From assembly GCA_051117555.1 (NCBI GenBank), contig JBNPEG010000178.1, forward strand, positions 1 through 25,972: a stretch of DNA of 25,972 nt, in the 5' to 3' direction. The notes below the pieces were generated by a model. It did not search any database, had not been told where the DNA came from, and worked only from the letters and a program-made list of their open reading frames with translations. The position numbers were made by a program, and so were the translations under genes. This DNA is from Elainellaceae cyanobacterium. Its GTDB lineage: Bacteria > Cyanobacteriota > Cyanobacteriia > CAZCXK01. Positions 9,252-17,935 of this stretch are shown one piece after another; within the stretch, counting starts at the first letter, position 1; the number at the start of each line of letters is the position of its first letter.

Positions 9252-9857
9252 ATGGTGCAGCATGAATGGCAAGATGAAACACGACAGTTAGCGATCGCGC
9301 CTCGCCTGTGGCTCTGGTGGACATTGGCTACTACAATTGCGGGGGCGATCGTCGGAGCACTGGAAGAGTCAGGATTTCAGTTTATAGCAACCATATTTTT
9401 TACAGGTTTGTTGATTGGCGCAGCCCAATGGCTCGTTTTGCGTCAGTACATGCCTAAAGCCTTTTGGTGGATAGTGGTTAGCACCCAGGGATGGACTTTT
9501 GGGATAGCGCTGGTGAGTTCTTTCATCACACCCCTTTTTGATCCGCTTATTCAATTCCTGAGCACACTGGGCGCATGGCCAGTTTTTTGGTCGAATCTGG
9601 TCACACGGCCGATTGAACTGGCTATTTTTGGCGCGGCTCAGCTTCTGATTTTGACACGATTTGTCCGTAAAGCAGAATGGTGGATTTTGGTCAGCGCTTT
9701 AGGAGGTGCGTTATATGGAGCAAGTAGCTCAACTGTCGCCTACATTTTACCGCCAGCACCATTCTCGACAGCATTGATCTATGGGGTAGGTTGGCTAGGC
9801 TACGGCATCGTTACCGGGATTTGCCTCCAATGGCTGCTGCGTCATCAACCCCGGTAG
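9252..9857 (+). CDS. Hypothetical multi-pass membrane protein, paralog of 13290-13907
   Basis: Repeated G.AQWLVLR / WW motifs; close DNA paralog later in the window. Confidence 0.85.
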   Translation: MVQHEWQDETRQLAIAPRLWLWWTLATTIAGAIVGALEESGFQFIATIFFTGLLIGAAQWLVLRQYMPKAFWWIVVSTQGWTFGIALVSSFITPLFDPLIQFLSTLGAWPVFWSNLVTRPIELAIFGAAQLLILTRFVRKAEWWILVSALGGALYGASSSTVAYILPPAPFSTALIYGVGWLGYGIVTGICLQWLLRHQPR

Positions 9858-9964
9858 GGCATTACAGCACAACCTTTCGGCATCAAACTTGCGATTAGCT
9901 TCGAGGCGCAACTCCTTGGCACACCAGTCTGATGCTTGTCACTCAAACATCGAGGTGTTCATTT

Positions 9965-11611
9965 ATGGCTACACGTAGCCCTCACTTGTGGCGTGCATTT
10001 GAAGCGATGTGCGGCAGTCTATTGTTAGCCACAATGGCCTCGCCATCGCCTGCCGCTGAACAGATTACATTTTCGCATGGCTTCTTAGAAAGAACAGTTT
10101 CAGTGACCTCTTTAGAAGCCTTTGCCAGAGAAGGTCAGGTTAGTGATGAACTTGATTTCTATTTGCAGAGAGTAGGTGTGGAAGAGCAGGAGAAAATCCA
10201 GGAAATTTTACTGACCCCAGTAGATTTAAGCCCTGTTGCCCTCTCTAATTTTCTATATTCTTCCCTTGGAGAGGTATTACTGCAATATTTAGGATCTCTA
10301 ATCCAGACAGATTCTAGACTTAATGGCTTCTATGCTTTGCGCTCGGCAATTGTGCAGGCAGCGGCTGATTCAGAGGAATTGACAATTCTAAACGTAATTC
10401 AGCACTTTCCAACTCGAACGGTTCGAATTGATGGTTCACGAGTCTTCCAAATCGCTGGAATGATCGCTCAGCTATTTGAGCGAACTGAGCAGGTGGTAGC
10501 TCTGATTGAAAAGCAGGCTGATTTAGAGCTAGAAACAACTGCTGCAGTCAAATTTACTCAGGACTCAAACCTAAAGCAGCCAGGTCCCTTCAAGTGGTCT
10601 TCGAAAAGCTTAAATGTGTATGATCAAGGGCGCGATCGCAGGATTACAGCAAATCTATATCAACCGCAAACTTCGTTCTCTACCCCCGTTCCCGTGATAG
10701 TAATTTCTCATGGTGTAGGAGCAGATCGCAATAGCTTTACAGATTTAGCGGAGCACTTGGCGAGTCATGGCTTTAGCGTTGTGTTATTGGATAACCATGG
10801 CTTTAATACTCAAAAAATTCAAAATCTCTTTAGAGGAATAGCTAGTGAAGTTATTGATCCTAAGGAATTTATTGAAGCCCCTAAAGATGTCTCTTTCTTA
10901 CTTGATAAGCTAGAGCAACTCAATGAATCTAGCCCTTCACAATCTATTCGCCTTAACTTAGAAGAAGTTGGCATAATCGGACATTCTTTTGGCGGCTCCA
11001 TGGCTTTTGCACTGGCAGGAGCAGAATTCAATATTGAGCAGTTAAAAGCAAACTGTACCTTGGCTAGCGATGGGCTTGACCTTGTCAATCTTTCGCTGCT
11101 GCTTCAATGCACCGCGCTGAAATTGGAGGATACAGCCTTTCAACAGCTTCAAGATGGACGCATTAAAGCCGTTTTTGCAATGAATTCTATGGGGAGCAGT
11201 TTATTCGGAACCCATGGATTCCAGCAAATGCAAGTTCCGGTCATGTTTGTTGCCGGAAGCCATGACCTACTCGCTCCTGCGCTTTTGGAGCAGATTCGCC
11301 CTTTTACTTGGTTAGAGGGAATCGATAAATATCTCATGGTCATCCAAGCAGGAACTCACATCTATGCGGCTTCTGAAGTGTCTATTCACGAAAATTTGAC
11401 TCTGCCCAGTGAATTGGCGGGTCCTGATCCAGTCCTTGCTCGACAATATCTCAAAGTGAGTAGCTTAGCGTTTATGCAGACCTATGTTGCTGACCAAGAT
11501 GAATACTTGCCGTATTTAAGCGCTGGCTATGCTCAGGCAATTAGTCGGCCACCACTCGAACTCATGCTAGTGCGTGATTTTCCATCAGCTGATCTTAGTT
11601 TTATCAAATAA
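9965..11611 (+). CDS. Alpha/beta hydrolase with N-terminal DUF1400 (cyanobacterial type)
   Basis: AAEQITFS..ERTVSVTSLEAFA N-domain; ISHG; GHSFGG nucleophile elbow; GAGGTG RBS. Confidence 0.9.
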   Translation: MATRSPHLWRAFEAMCGSLLLATMASPSPAAEQITFSHGFLERTVSVTSLEAFAREGQVSDELDFYLQRVGVEEQEKIQEILLTPVDLSPVALSNFLYSSLGEVLLQYLGSLIQTDSRLNGFYALRSAIVQAAADSEELTILNVIQHFPTRTVRIDGSRVFQIAGMIAQLFERTEQVVALIEKQADLELETTAAVKFTQDSNLKQPGPFKWSSKSLNVYDQGRDRRITANLYQPQTSFSTPVPVIVISHGVGADRNSFTDLAEHLASHGFSVVLLDNHGFNTQKIQNLFRGIASEVIDPKEFIEAPKDVSFLLDKLEQLNESSPSQSIRLNLEEVGIIGHSFGGSMAFALAGAEFNIEQLKANCTLASDGLDLVNLSLLLQCTALKLEDTAFQQLQDGRIKAVFAMNSMGSSLFGTHGFQQMQVPVMFVAGSHDLLAPALLEQIRPFTWLEGIDKYLMVIQAGTHIYAASEVSIHENLTLPSELAGPDPVLARQYLKVSSLAFMQTYVADQDEYLPYLSAGYAQAISRPPLELMLVRDFPSADLSFIK

Positions 11612-12190
11612 ATTTTGCAGTTTCATAGCTATTTAGTCAACAGTCAACGAGATTCATGCATTACAAGAAGGAAAAGTTGATGCTTGCCTTGAGCGGATTC
11701 AGATTGGATTGGACACAGAGATAAGCTATGATGAAAACCCAAAATTTGAAGAAAAAGCGATGCTTTAAAAATCGGCGGGGGCCCTGGCATGGGCTAATAA
11801 ATCTAGCCTGGCTCTGCTGGATTGTGGTCGCGCTACTGCTAAAATTACCGTGCTATCTGCTGATTATTTGCAGCCCAGAGAATAGCAAAAAACATTCTTG
11901 ACAGCGTCTTACTCTTTTAGAGGATGCTTTAAAGGGCCAGTCAATGTCAGATGAAATCGTTAGGGGTTGTATAGAACAATAGTTCAAACAATTCGACGTG
12001 TAATTTAAGCCGGGAAATCCTGGTTGGGTAGGAATCCAGAATTCAGGAGCCAGAATTCTATCCTGGGGAAAACTTCCCGCCTTGAGGAATACGCCAACAA
12101 TTCTGACAGGAAAGCTTTGTCGAATATTTGTTTCAAAAACTTCTGCTATGTAGAGCAGAGGAATGCTCAAAATCTAATCAGGAGATTCAA

Positions 12191-13045
12191 ATGATCCTAG
12201 TAACTGGCGCAACTGGAAATAACGGGCTGGAGATACTCAAGCGTCTCGCCTCGCAAAACGTTCAAGCTCGCGCGATGGTGCGCGATCGCAATCGAGCAAA
12301 GGCGATTGCAGATTTGGGCATCGAAATGGTCGAGGCTGATTTTGATCGCCCTGAAACACTCCCCTCTGCCCTGGCAGGCGTTGATCGAGCCTTCCTTGTT
12401 ACCAACTCAACAGAACACACCGAAGCACAACAACTTGCGTTTGTCGAAGCAGCGAAACATAGCGGTGTCAAGCACATCGTTAAACTGTCGCAGTTCGCCG
12501 CCAGCGCTGACTCACCCGTGCGTTTTTTGCGCTACCATGCGGCTGTCGAATCGGCAATCCAAGCAACCCAGATGACATATACGTTCCTGCGCCCCAATCT
12601 GTTTATGCAGGGCTTGTTAAACTTCCGATCGTTGATCGTTGAGCAAAACACTTTTTACGCTGCGATCGGTGATGCGAAGGTGAGCGTCGTAGATGTCCGC
12701 GACATTGCTGACGTTGCTGTCGCTGCTCTGACCGAAGCTGGGCATGAAGGAAAGATTTACGATCTCACAGGTTCGCAGGCGCTAACACATACCGAGATGG
12801 CAGAATATCTCTCTGCTGCCCTGAAGCGTCAGATTGCGTTTGTCGATATCCCACCCGAACAGATGCGTGAAGCTATGGTTGGCTTTGGGATGCCAGCTTG
12901 GCAAGCCGATGGACTGATTGAGGATTACGCCCACTATCGACGCAATGAGGCAGCAGCGGTTTCGTCTGGTATACAGGATGCAATTGGTAAAGATCCGCGC
13001 AGTTTTAAGACATTCGCCTGCGACTACGCAACAATGTTTGGCTAG
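12191..13045 (+). CDS. NmrA-like / atypical SDR NAD(P)-binding oxidoreductase
   Basis: MILVTGATGNNG, TFLRPNLFMQ and VDVRDIA motifs; AGGAG RBS. Confidence 0.92.
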   Translation: MILVTGATGNNGLEILKRLASQNVQARAMVRDRNRAKAIADLGIEMVEADFDRPETLPSALAGVDRAFLVTNSTEHTEAQQLAFVEAAKHSGVKHIVKLSQFAASADSPVRFLRYHAAVESAIQATQMTYTFLRPNLFMQGLLNFRSLIVEQNTFYAAIGDAKVSVVDVRDIADVAVAALTEAGHEGKIYDLTGSQALTHTEMAEYLSAALKRQIAFVDIPPEQMREAMVGFGMPAWQADGLIEDYAHYRRNEAAAVSSGIQDAIGKDPRSFKTFACDYATMFG

Positions 13046-13076
13046 ACGCAGCCCAATCAGCCTGCTGCACCGAAAC

Positions 13077-13199
13077 AAACCTGAGTTGTTGTTAAAACAT
13101 AATGAATTGCATTACTCGCAAGCGTTAAAAATTGGCGATCGCGCGAAGATACCTGAAAAAGTGGTTGGGATGACAACCTAGAAATTCCTGAATCACTCG
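13077..13199 (+). pseudogene. Degraded 5' fragment of a RidA gene (paralog of 14584-14985)
   Basis: aatgaattgcattactcgcaagcgttaaaaattggcgatcgcg...tgggatgacaacctagaaattcctgaatcactcg aligns with about 14590-14734, with deletions and a frameshift. Confidence 0.88.
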
Positions 13200-13289
13200 A
13201 TTCATAGTTCTGTCGATAAAAACCGTTCTCACACGGGCTAGGCAAATAGTACAGATATGGAGTTGAAGTACAACTCTGGGGTGAGCATT

Positions 13290-13907
13290 ATGATGCAGCA
13301 TGAAAGACAAGATAAAACACGACAGTTGGCGATCGCGCCTAGCCTGTGGCTCTGGTGGACATTGGCTACTACAATTGCGGGGGCGATCGTTGGAGCACTA
13401 GAAGGATCATTTTATTTTCAGCTTGTAGCAACCATATTGTTTACAGGTTTGTTTATTGGAATAGCCCAATGGCTCGTTTTGCGTCAGTACATTCCTAAAG
13501 CCTTTTGGTGGATAGTGGCTAGCACACTGGGATGGACTTTGGGGTTATTGCTGGTGAGTCATTACAACACCCTTTTTGATCCGCTTATTGACCTCCTACG
13601 TACGCTGGGCGCATGGCCAGTTTTTTGGACGAATCTTGTCACACAGCCGATTGTACTGGCTATTTTGGGCGCGGCTCAGTTTCCGATTTTGAGACGATTT
13701 TTCCGTAAAGCGCATTGGTGGATTTTGGTCAGCGCTTTAGGAGGTGCACTAAAAGGAGCAAGTAGCTCAATTGTCGCGTCCATTTTGCCGCCAGGGCTAC
13801 TACCAGCACCATTCTCGACAGCGTTGGGCTATGGGGCAGGTTGGCTAAGCTACGGCATCGTTACCGGAATTTACCTGCAATGGCTGCTGCGTCATCACCC
13901 TCGATAG
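13290..13907 (+). CDS. Hypothetical multi-pass membrane protein, paralog of 9252-9857
   Basis: Colinear with 9252-9857, including about 45 bp of upstream leader. Confidence 0.85.
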   Translation: MMQHERQDKTRQLAIAPSLWLWWTLATTIAGAIVGALEGSFYFQLVATILFTGLFIGIAQWLVLRQYIPKAFWWIVASTLGWTLGLLLVSHYNTLFDPLIDLLRTLGAWPVFWTNLVTQPIVLAILGAAQFPILRRFFRKAHWWILVSALGGALKGASSSIVASILPPGLLPAPFSTALGYGAGWLSYGIVTGIYLQWLLRHHPR

Positions 13908-14073
13908 GGCAATACAGTGCCGTCGTACTGCCCGTCGTCGCCCCTTGTCTTGTTCAACATTGGAATGTAGTAGCTGCCTCTTATTGATGACGGACTACTT
14001 AGCGAAAGGTTTTCAATCAATAAGGAGCGTATACGTGTTTAACGCCACAAATAGAAAAGGTGAGACATCAATC

Positions 14074-14418
14074 ATGTTCAAGCTATCCTCTAAAGTTTTT
14101 GTCTTGTTAGTTACGATTACCGTGTTGGTGCTGGTTTGTTTACAGTCTTTTTGGGCAAAACCTGCCCTATCTGAAATCTCTATAGCCTCTCTAAACCAGT
14201 CAACGCTTGTCGCAACTGCTGCTTTTCCCCCTGACCTTGTTCAGGCTGTTTTAGGAGGCAGACCTATTTATGTACTGTATGTAACCAGAACCGAAGACAC
14301 CGTTCTAATTCGCTGTTATCCCGGCTATGAACCCACGATCACCGTTCGAGCCATGGGTAGCAATCCCAATGCCAGTGGCCAGAAGGAAGGTGTCATGACG
14401 TGTCGTTCTTCTGCTTAG
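14074..14418 (+). CDS. Small secreted hypothetical protein
   Basis: AAGGTGA RBS; signal peptide ending PALS; two Cys in the mature domain. Confidence 0.7.
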   Translation: MFKLSSKVFVLLVTITVLVLVCLQSFWAKPALSEISIASLNQSTLVATAAFPPDLVQAVLGGRPIYVLYVTRTEDTVLIRCYPGYEPTITVRAMGSNPNASGQKEGVMTCRSSA

Positions 14419-14583
14419 AGGTCACTTATATACCTCTGAGATCAATCGGTCTACACAACGAGGAGAAAAGCATTGTGCTGCAACTAGAAGATGCGATCGC
14501 TGCATCCTCTAGTCAGTCGCTCCAGCGCCAAACCTCAGGATTTAGAACCCCCTATCGACAATCGTACTGAACGGAGAAAAACC

Positions 14584-14985
14584 ATGAATAAGCCCGAGTT
14601 TTTTGTTACCCCCGGCTATGGGGAATACATGCTGAATGAATTGCATTACTCGCAAGCGGTAAAAATTGGCGATCGCGTGGAGACATCAGGTCAAGGTGGC
14701 TGGGATGACAATCTGCAAATTCCCGAATCGCTCGCAGACGAAATTGCTCAGGCGTTTCGGAACGTAGAGCGAACCTTGGCAACCGCTGGTGCGGGTTGGG
14801 AGCATGTTGTCCACATCAATTCTTACCATGTTGGTGGGTTGCCCCCAGAAGTTAACGAGGTGATGGTCAGGCTATATCGCCACTACATGCCCAACCACGC
14901 CCCAATTTGGACACAGGTAGGAGTCGCGGCTCTTGGGCTGCCAACGATGCGGATTGAAATCCGCGTGACTGCAATTATTCCGTGA
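14584..14985 (+). CDS. RidA/YjgF/UK114 family protein
   Basis: YSQAVKIGDRVETSGQGG and PIWTQVGVAALGLPTMRIEIRVTA motifs; GGAG RBS. Confidence 0.92.
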   Translation: MNKPEFFVTPGYGEYMLNELHYSQAVKIGDRVETSGQGGWDDNLQIPESLADEIAQAFRNVERTLATAGAGWEHVVHINSYHVGGLPPEVNEVMVRLYRHYMPNHAPIWTQVGVAALGLPTMRIEIRVTAIIP

Positions 14986-15222
14986 GTTTCGCGTAACTGT
15001 CCCTAAAACCTCGGTACAGAAACCTGATTTCTGCTCTGCAACGGACCAAATCTCGTGCGCCAACCCTTGAAGAACGTCATGAGGCGTTGAGTTTGAAGCA
15101 GGTTCTCCTTATGAAGGATGGGATTGTCAGGAACCTGTGCTTCGGTTGCTTGTACGCAACCGGGGGCTAGACGAAGCACACTCTAAAATTCAAGATTAGT
15201 AGGCGGTTGGTAGCACCAGACT

Positions 15223-15296
15223 AGCTAACAAGTCTATGAATCGGACGGTTGAGAGATTTTGGTGGTAATGCAAAGCTTATCTGGTGACGCTTTAGT
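15223..15296 (+). other. Possible attC-like remnant (left arm only)
   Basis: AGCTAACaagtctatgaatcggacggttgagagattttggtgg. The core resembles 22704-22730 (cggactagaggttatcggtggg). No intact GTTRRRY. Confidence 0.3.
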
Positions 15297-15399
15297 ATCT
15301 CCCAGAGAAAAGCCCGTAGGACATTTGAAATCATCTGGAATTCTCGCTTGCCACTTATGTGGGTAGTACAGCTTCTTAGGCTAGCAAGGACTAAAAAGT

Positions 15400-16317
15400 A
15401 TGAAACGTCGCCTTCCATGGATCGCATGCTTGACTGTGAGCACTGTGGTATTTGTACAGCCCATCTTGGCTAAATTGTCCCCAAGGATTGATACTCTTCG
15501 ACTAGATGAGCAAGCGAAAGCTTTAGAGACTGAGCTTTCTATAAGCGACGAACCACCATCAAATGTCACAGAGGTGGAGGAACAACCTGGCTGGAACAGA
15601 TTTTTTGAAGATTTTGAAGCTCAGGGCACGATTGTCATATCCGATCAGCGCGAAGACAATCGACAAGTGTGGGTTTACAACCAGGAGCGCGCAAACAGAC
15701 GCTATTCGCCAGCATCAACATTCAAGATCCCACATGCTCTCTTTGCGCTTGATGCTGGTATTGTTCGTGATGAATTCCAAATTTTTGAATGGGATGGATT
15801 AGAGAGAAGTTTTGCTTCCCATAATCAAGATCAGGACTTGCGTTCGTCAATGCGAAACTCAGCAGTTTGGGTCTATGAGATTTTCGCGAATGAGATTGGC
15901 GAAGAACAAGCACGAGACTATCTAATGCGGATTGACTATGGAAATGCTGATCCAAGAACAAGCGAAGGACCCTATTGGATTGACGGTGAACTTGCTATCT
16001 CAACACACGAGCAGATTACGTTTCTGCAAAAGTTGTATCGCAATGAACTCCCTTTCAGTGTTGAATACCAGCGTCTGGTTAAGGACATTATGATCGTTGA
16101 AGCAGATCGGAATTGGATTCTACGCGCTAAGACGGGCTGGGAAGGCAGATGGGGCTGGTGGGTTGGCTGGGTCGAATGGCCGACAGGTCCAGTGTTCTTT
16201 GCCCTGAATATAGATACGCCTAATCGTCTGGACGATCTATACAAACGAGAGGGAATTACGCGCTCTATCTTGCAGTCTATTGATGCATTGCCACCTGAAG
16301 ACGAAGCTTTAAACTGA
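15400..16317 (+). CDS. blaOXA: Class D beta-lactamase, OXA-2-like
   Basis: PASTFK (SxxK), SAV (SxV), YGN and KTG motifs; signal peptide. Confidence 0.93.
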   Translation: MKRRLPWIACLTVSTVVFVQPILAKLSPRIDTLRLDEQAKALETELSISDEPPSNVTEVEEQPGWNRFFEDFEAQGTIVISDQREDNRQVWVYNQERANRRYSPASTFKIPHALFALDAGIVRDEFQIFEWDGLERSFASHNQDQDLRSSMRNSAVWVYEIFANEIGEEQARDYLMRIDYGNADPRTSEGPYWIDGELAISTHEQITFLQKLYRNELPFSVEYQRLVKDIMIVEADRNWILRAKTGWEGRWGWWVGWVEWPTGPVFFALNIDTPNRLDDLYKREGITRSILQSIDALPPEDEALN

Positions 16318-16371
16318 CGGTAACTTTGCAAAAAATGGGAACTGCTGCTTGCATGTGTGGTGTAAGCCTAA

Positions 16372-16531
16372 CGAGCGAAAATGATACGCTCTAAAGCAGA
16401 TTTGGCGATACGTGCTGCGCACAGGCTGTGCCAACGCCAACATCGCTTTACAGGTTGGCTTCTCCAGCCAAAGCCATTTGACACAACACTTCAAACGATT
16501 GACTGGAGTAACACCGAAACAGGTTCGCTAA
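16372..16531 (+). pseudogene. 3' fragment of an AraC-family regulator, interrupted by a 25-nt insertion
   Basis: After removing 16410-16434 it reads [44 protein letters not shown], the second AraC HTH. Confidence 0.9.
16410..16434. mobile_element. 25-nt small dispersed repeat-like element inserted in HIP1 (GCGAT^CGC)
   Basis: GCGAT[ACGTGCTGCGCACAGGCTGTGCCAA]CGC with two mini hairpins (GTGC-tgc-GCAC, GGC-tgt-GCC). Excision restores both HIP1 and the reading frame. Confidence 0.8.
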
Positions 16532-16537
16532 CCCCAC

Positions 16538-16622
16538 AAGAATCTGATAAATCACCGTAAGAATCTGAAAGAAGTTGAGTGTTGGAACTCACTACACTCA
16601 AGCTAGCTAAAACAAAGAAAAT
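16538..16622 (+). promoter_or_regulatory. Putative AraC-activated promoter
   Basis: Direct repeat AAGAATCTGA at 16538 and 16559 (21-bp period) immediately after the AraC stop codon; TACACT -10 at 16593. Confidence 0.7.
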
Positions 16623-16632
16623 TCAGGAGTTA

Positions 16633-17382
16633 ATGAGCATGTTTAAAGTGTCTTCTAACTCCCCGCAGGAGCCAGAAAAGACCACCGCTGGGTCCTCTAC
16701 TCAGCCTTCACGCAACCGGTTCACATATCCAGGTTTGTCGGAGGGCATTGTGGGTCTTATCGTCTTTAGCATCGTCGGGTACGGAGGCGGTGCGTTGCTC
16801 GCAATGCGCGGACTTGATCCCGTCGTCCTCGGTCTGATTTTCACTGCCCTTTCTGGCATCGCTAGCATCGCCGGGTTTGCTGCCGCTGCGCTGCTACGCA
16901 TCCGTTCCCTCAGCGCCTTCAGCGTCCGCTCGGTCTCCCGGCGGTGGCTGCTGATCGGGGTCGGAGCAGGGCTCGTCGCCTTCGTGGTCAAGGGTCTGGC
17001 GGTTTTGGTCTACATCGCCATCACCGGGGACAGATCCACCCCCCAGTCAGTGTACGCCGAAGGGGGCAGCGGCGGGGTACTGTCCTTGATCCTAGCGACG
17101 CTGTTTCTCGGTCTCCTCACACCGCTCGGCGAGGAGCTGCTCTTCCGGGGCGTGGTTGCCAATGTGTTGCTGCGCCACGGGCCAATCTTCGGGGTCGTGA
17201 GCAGCGCCCTGATCTTCGCCCTCATGCACGGCATCAATATCGTTTTTCCCGCAGCTCTGGTAATGGGCCTTGTTGGTGCCGATCTGCTACGGCGCAGCGG
17301 CTCGGTCTGGCCCGCCGTCGTCGTCCACGTCGTCTTTAACCTGCCCACGGTTCCGGCACTGGTGTTTGCTGGTATGGGCTGA
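16633..17382 (+). CDS. CPBP/CAAX family intramembrane metalloprotease
   Basis: EELLFRG, FALMH and HVVFN motifs; AGGAG RBS; GC-rich. Confidence 0.92.
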   Translation: MSMFKVSSNSPQEPEKTTAGSSTQPSRNRFTYPGLSEGIVGLIVFSIVGYGGGALLAMRGLDPVVLGLIFTALSGIASIAGFAAAALLRIRSLSAFSVRSVSRRWLLIGVGAGLVAFVVKGLAVLVYIAITGDRSTPQSVYAEGGSGGVLSLILATLFLGLLTPLGEELLFRGVVANVLLRHGPIFGVVSSALIFALMHGINIVFPAALVMGLVGADLLRRSGSVWPAVVVHVVFNLPTVPALVFAGMG

Positions 17383-17467
17383 CCCGTCGCCAAATCCTGA
17401 AACTATCGGCAACTGTGATCAGCAACCAGATCCAAGCACCCCATACATATCAATAAAGGAAACGGAG

Positions 17468-17819
17468 ATGGAGATGCAAACTGGCGATCGCGCCAGCCGT
17501 GATATTCACCCTGCCGCACCTCCTCAACCCGGAGGCGATCGCAGGCGGTTGGCTCACGGTATTCTGTACCTACTTCCTCGTTCCGGGTCTGGTGTGGACT
17601 GTGGTCTCGTTGATTGACGGAACTACTGAACTCGCCATCGGCGTACACTTCGCGAACAACATCGGCGGGGTACTCCTGTTCAACATCACTGGAAGTGCCG
17701 TGACCTCACCCGCTCTGTTTACCATCAGCGAGTATCACGCGACCTACGGAGCGCTATCAGTGCTGGTTGCAGTACCCGTGTTTCTGGCGATCGCCTACAA
17801 AGTATTCAAACCAGCATAA
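17468..17819 (+). pseudogene. Internally deleted paralog of the CPBP gene at 3820-4818
   Basis: Leader 17392-17480 matches 3743-3832, then jumps to the equivalent of 4420. About 587 bp including the EExxxR motif is lost, and the frame is shifted. Confidence 0.9.
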
Positions 17820-17935
17820 CCAAGGTTGTGTTTAAGATGGGCGGGTAGTTTACAGGTGAAACATAGCTCTAGCAAGATGTGAATCGGGAAAACCTTCTTG
17901 TCACAGAGAAACGTGGCACTCGTCAGGAATCACGC

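Noticed and set aside
12030..12059. Short tandem ccagaattc repeat
   Set aside because: Only two units; looks like an ordinary cyanobacterial short repeat.
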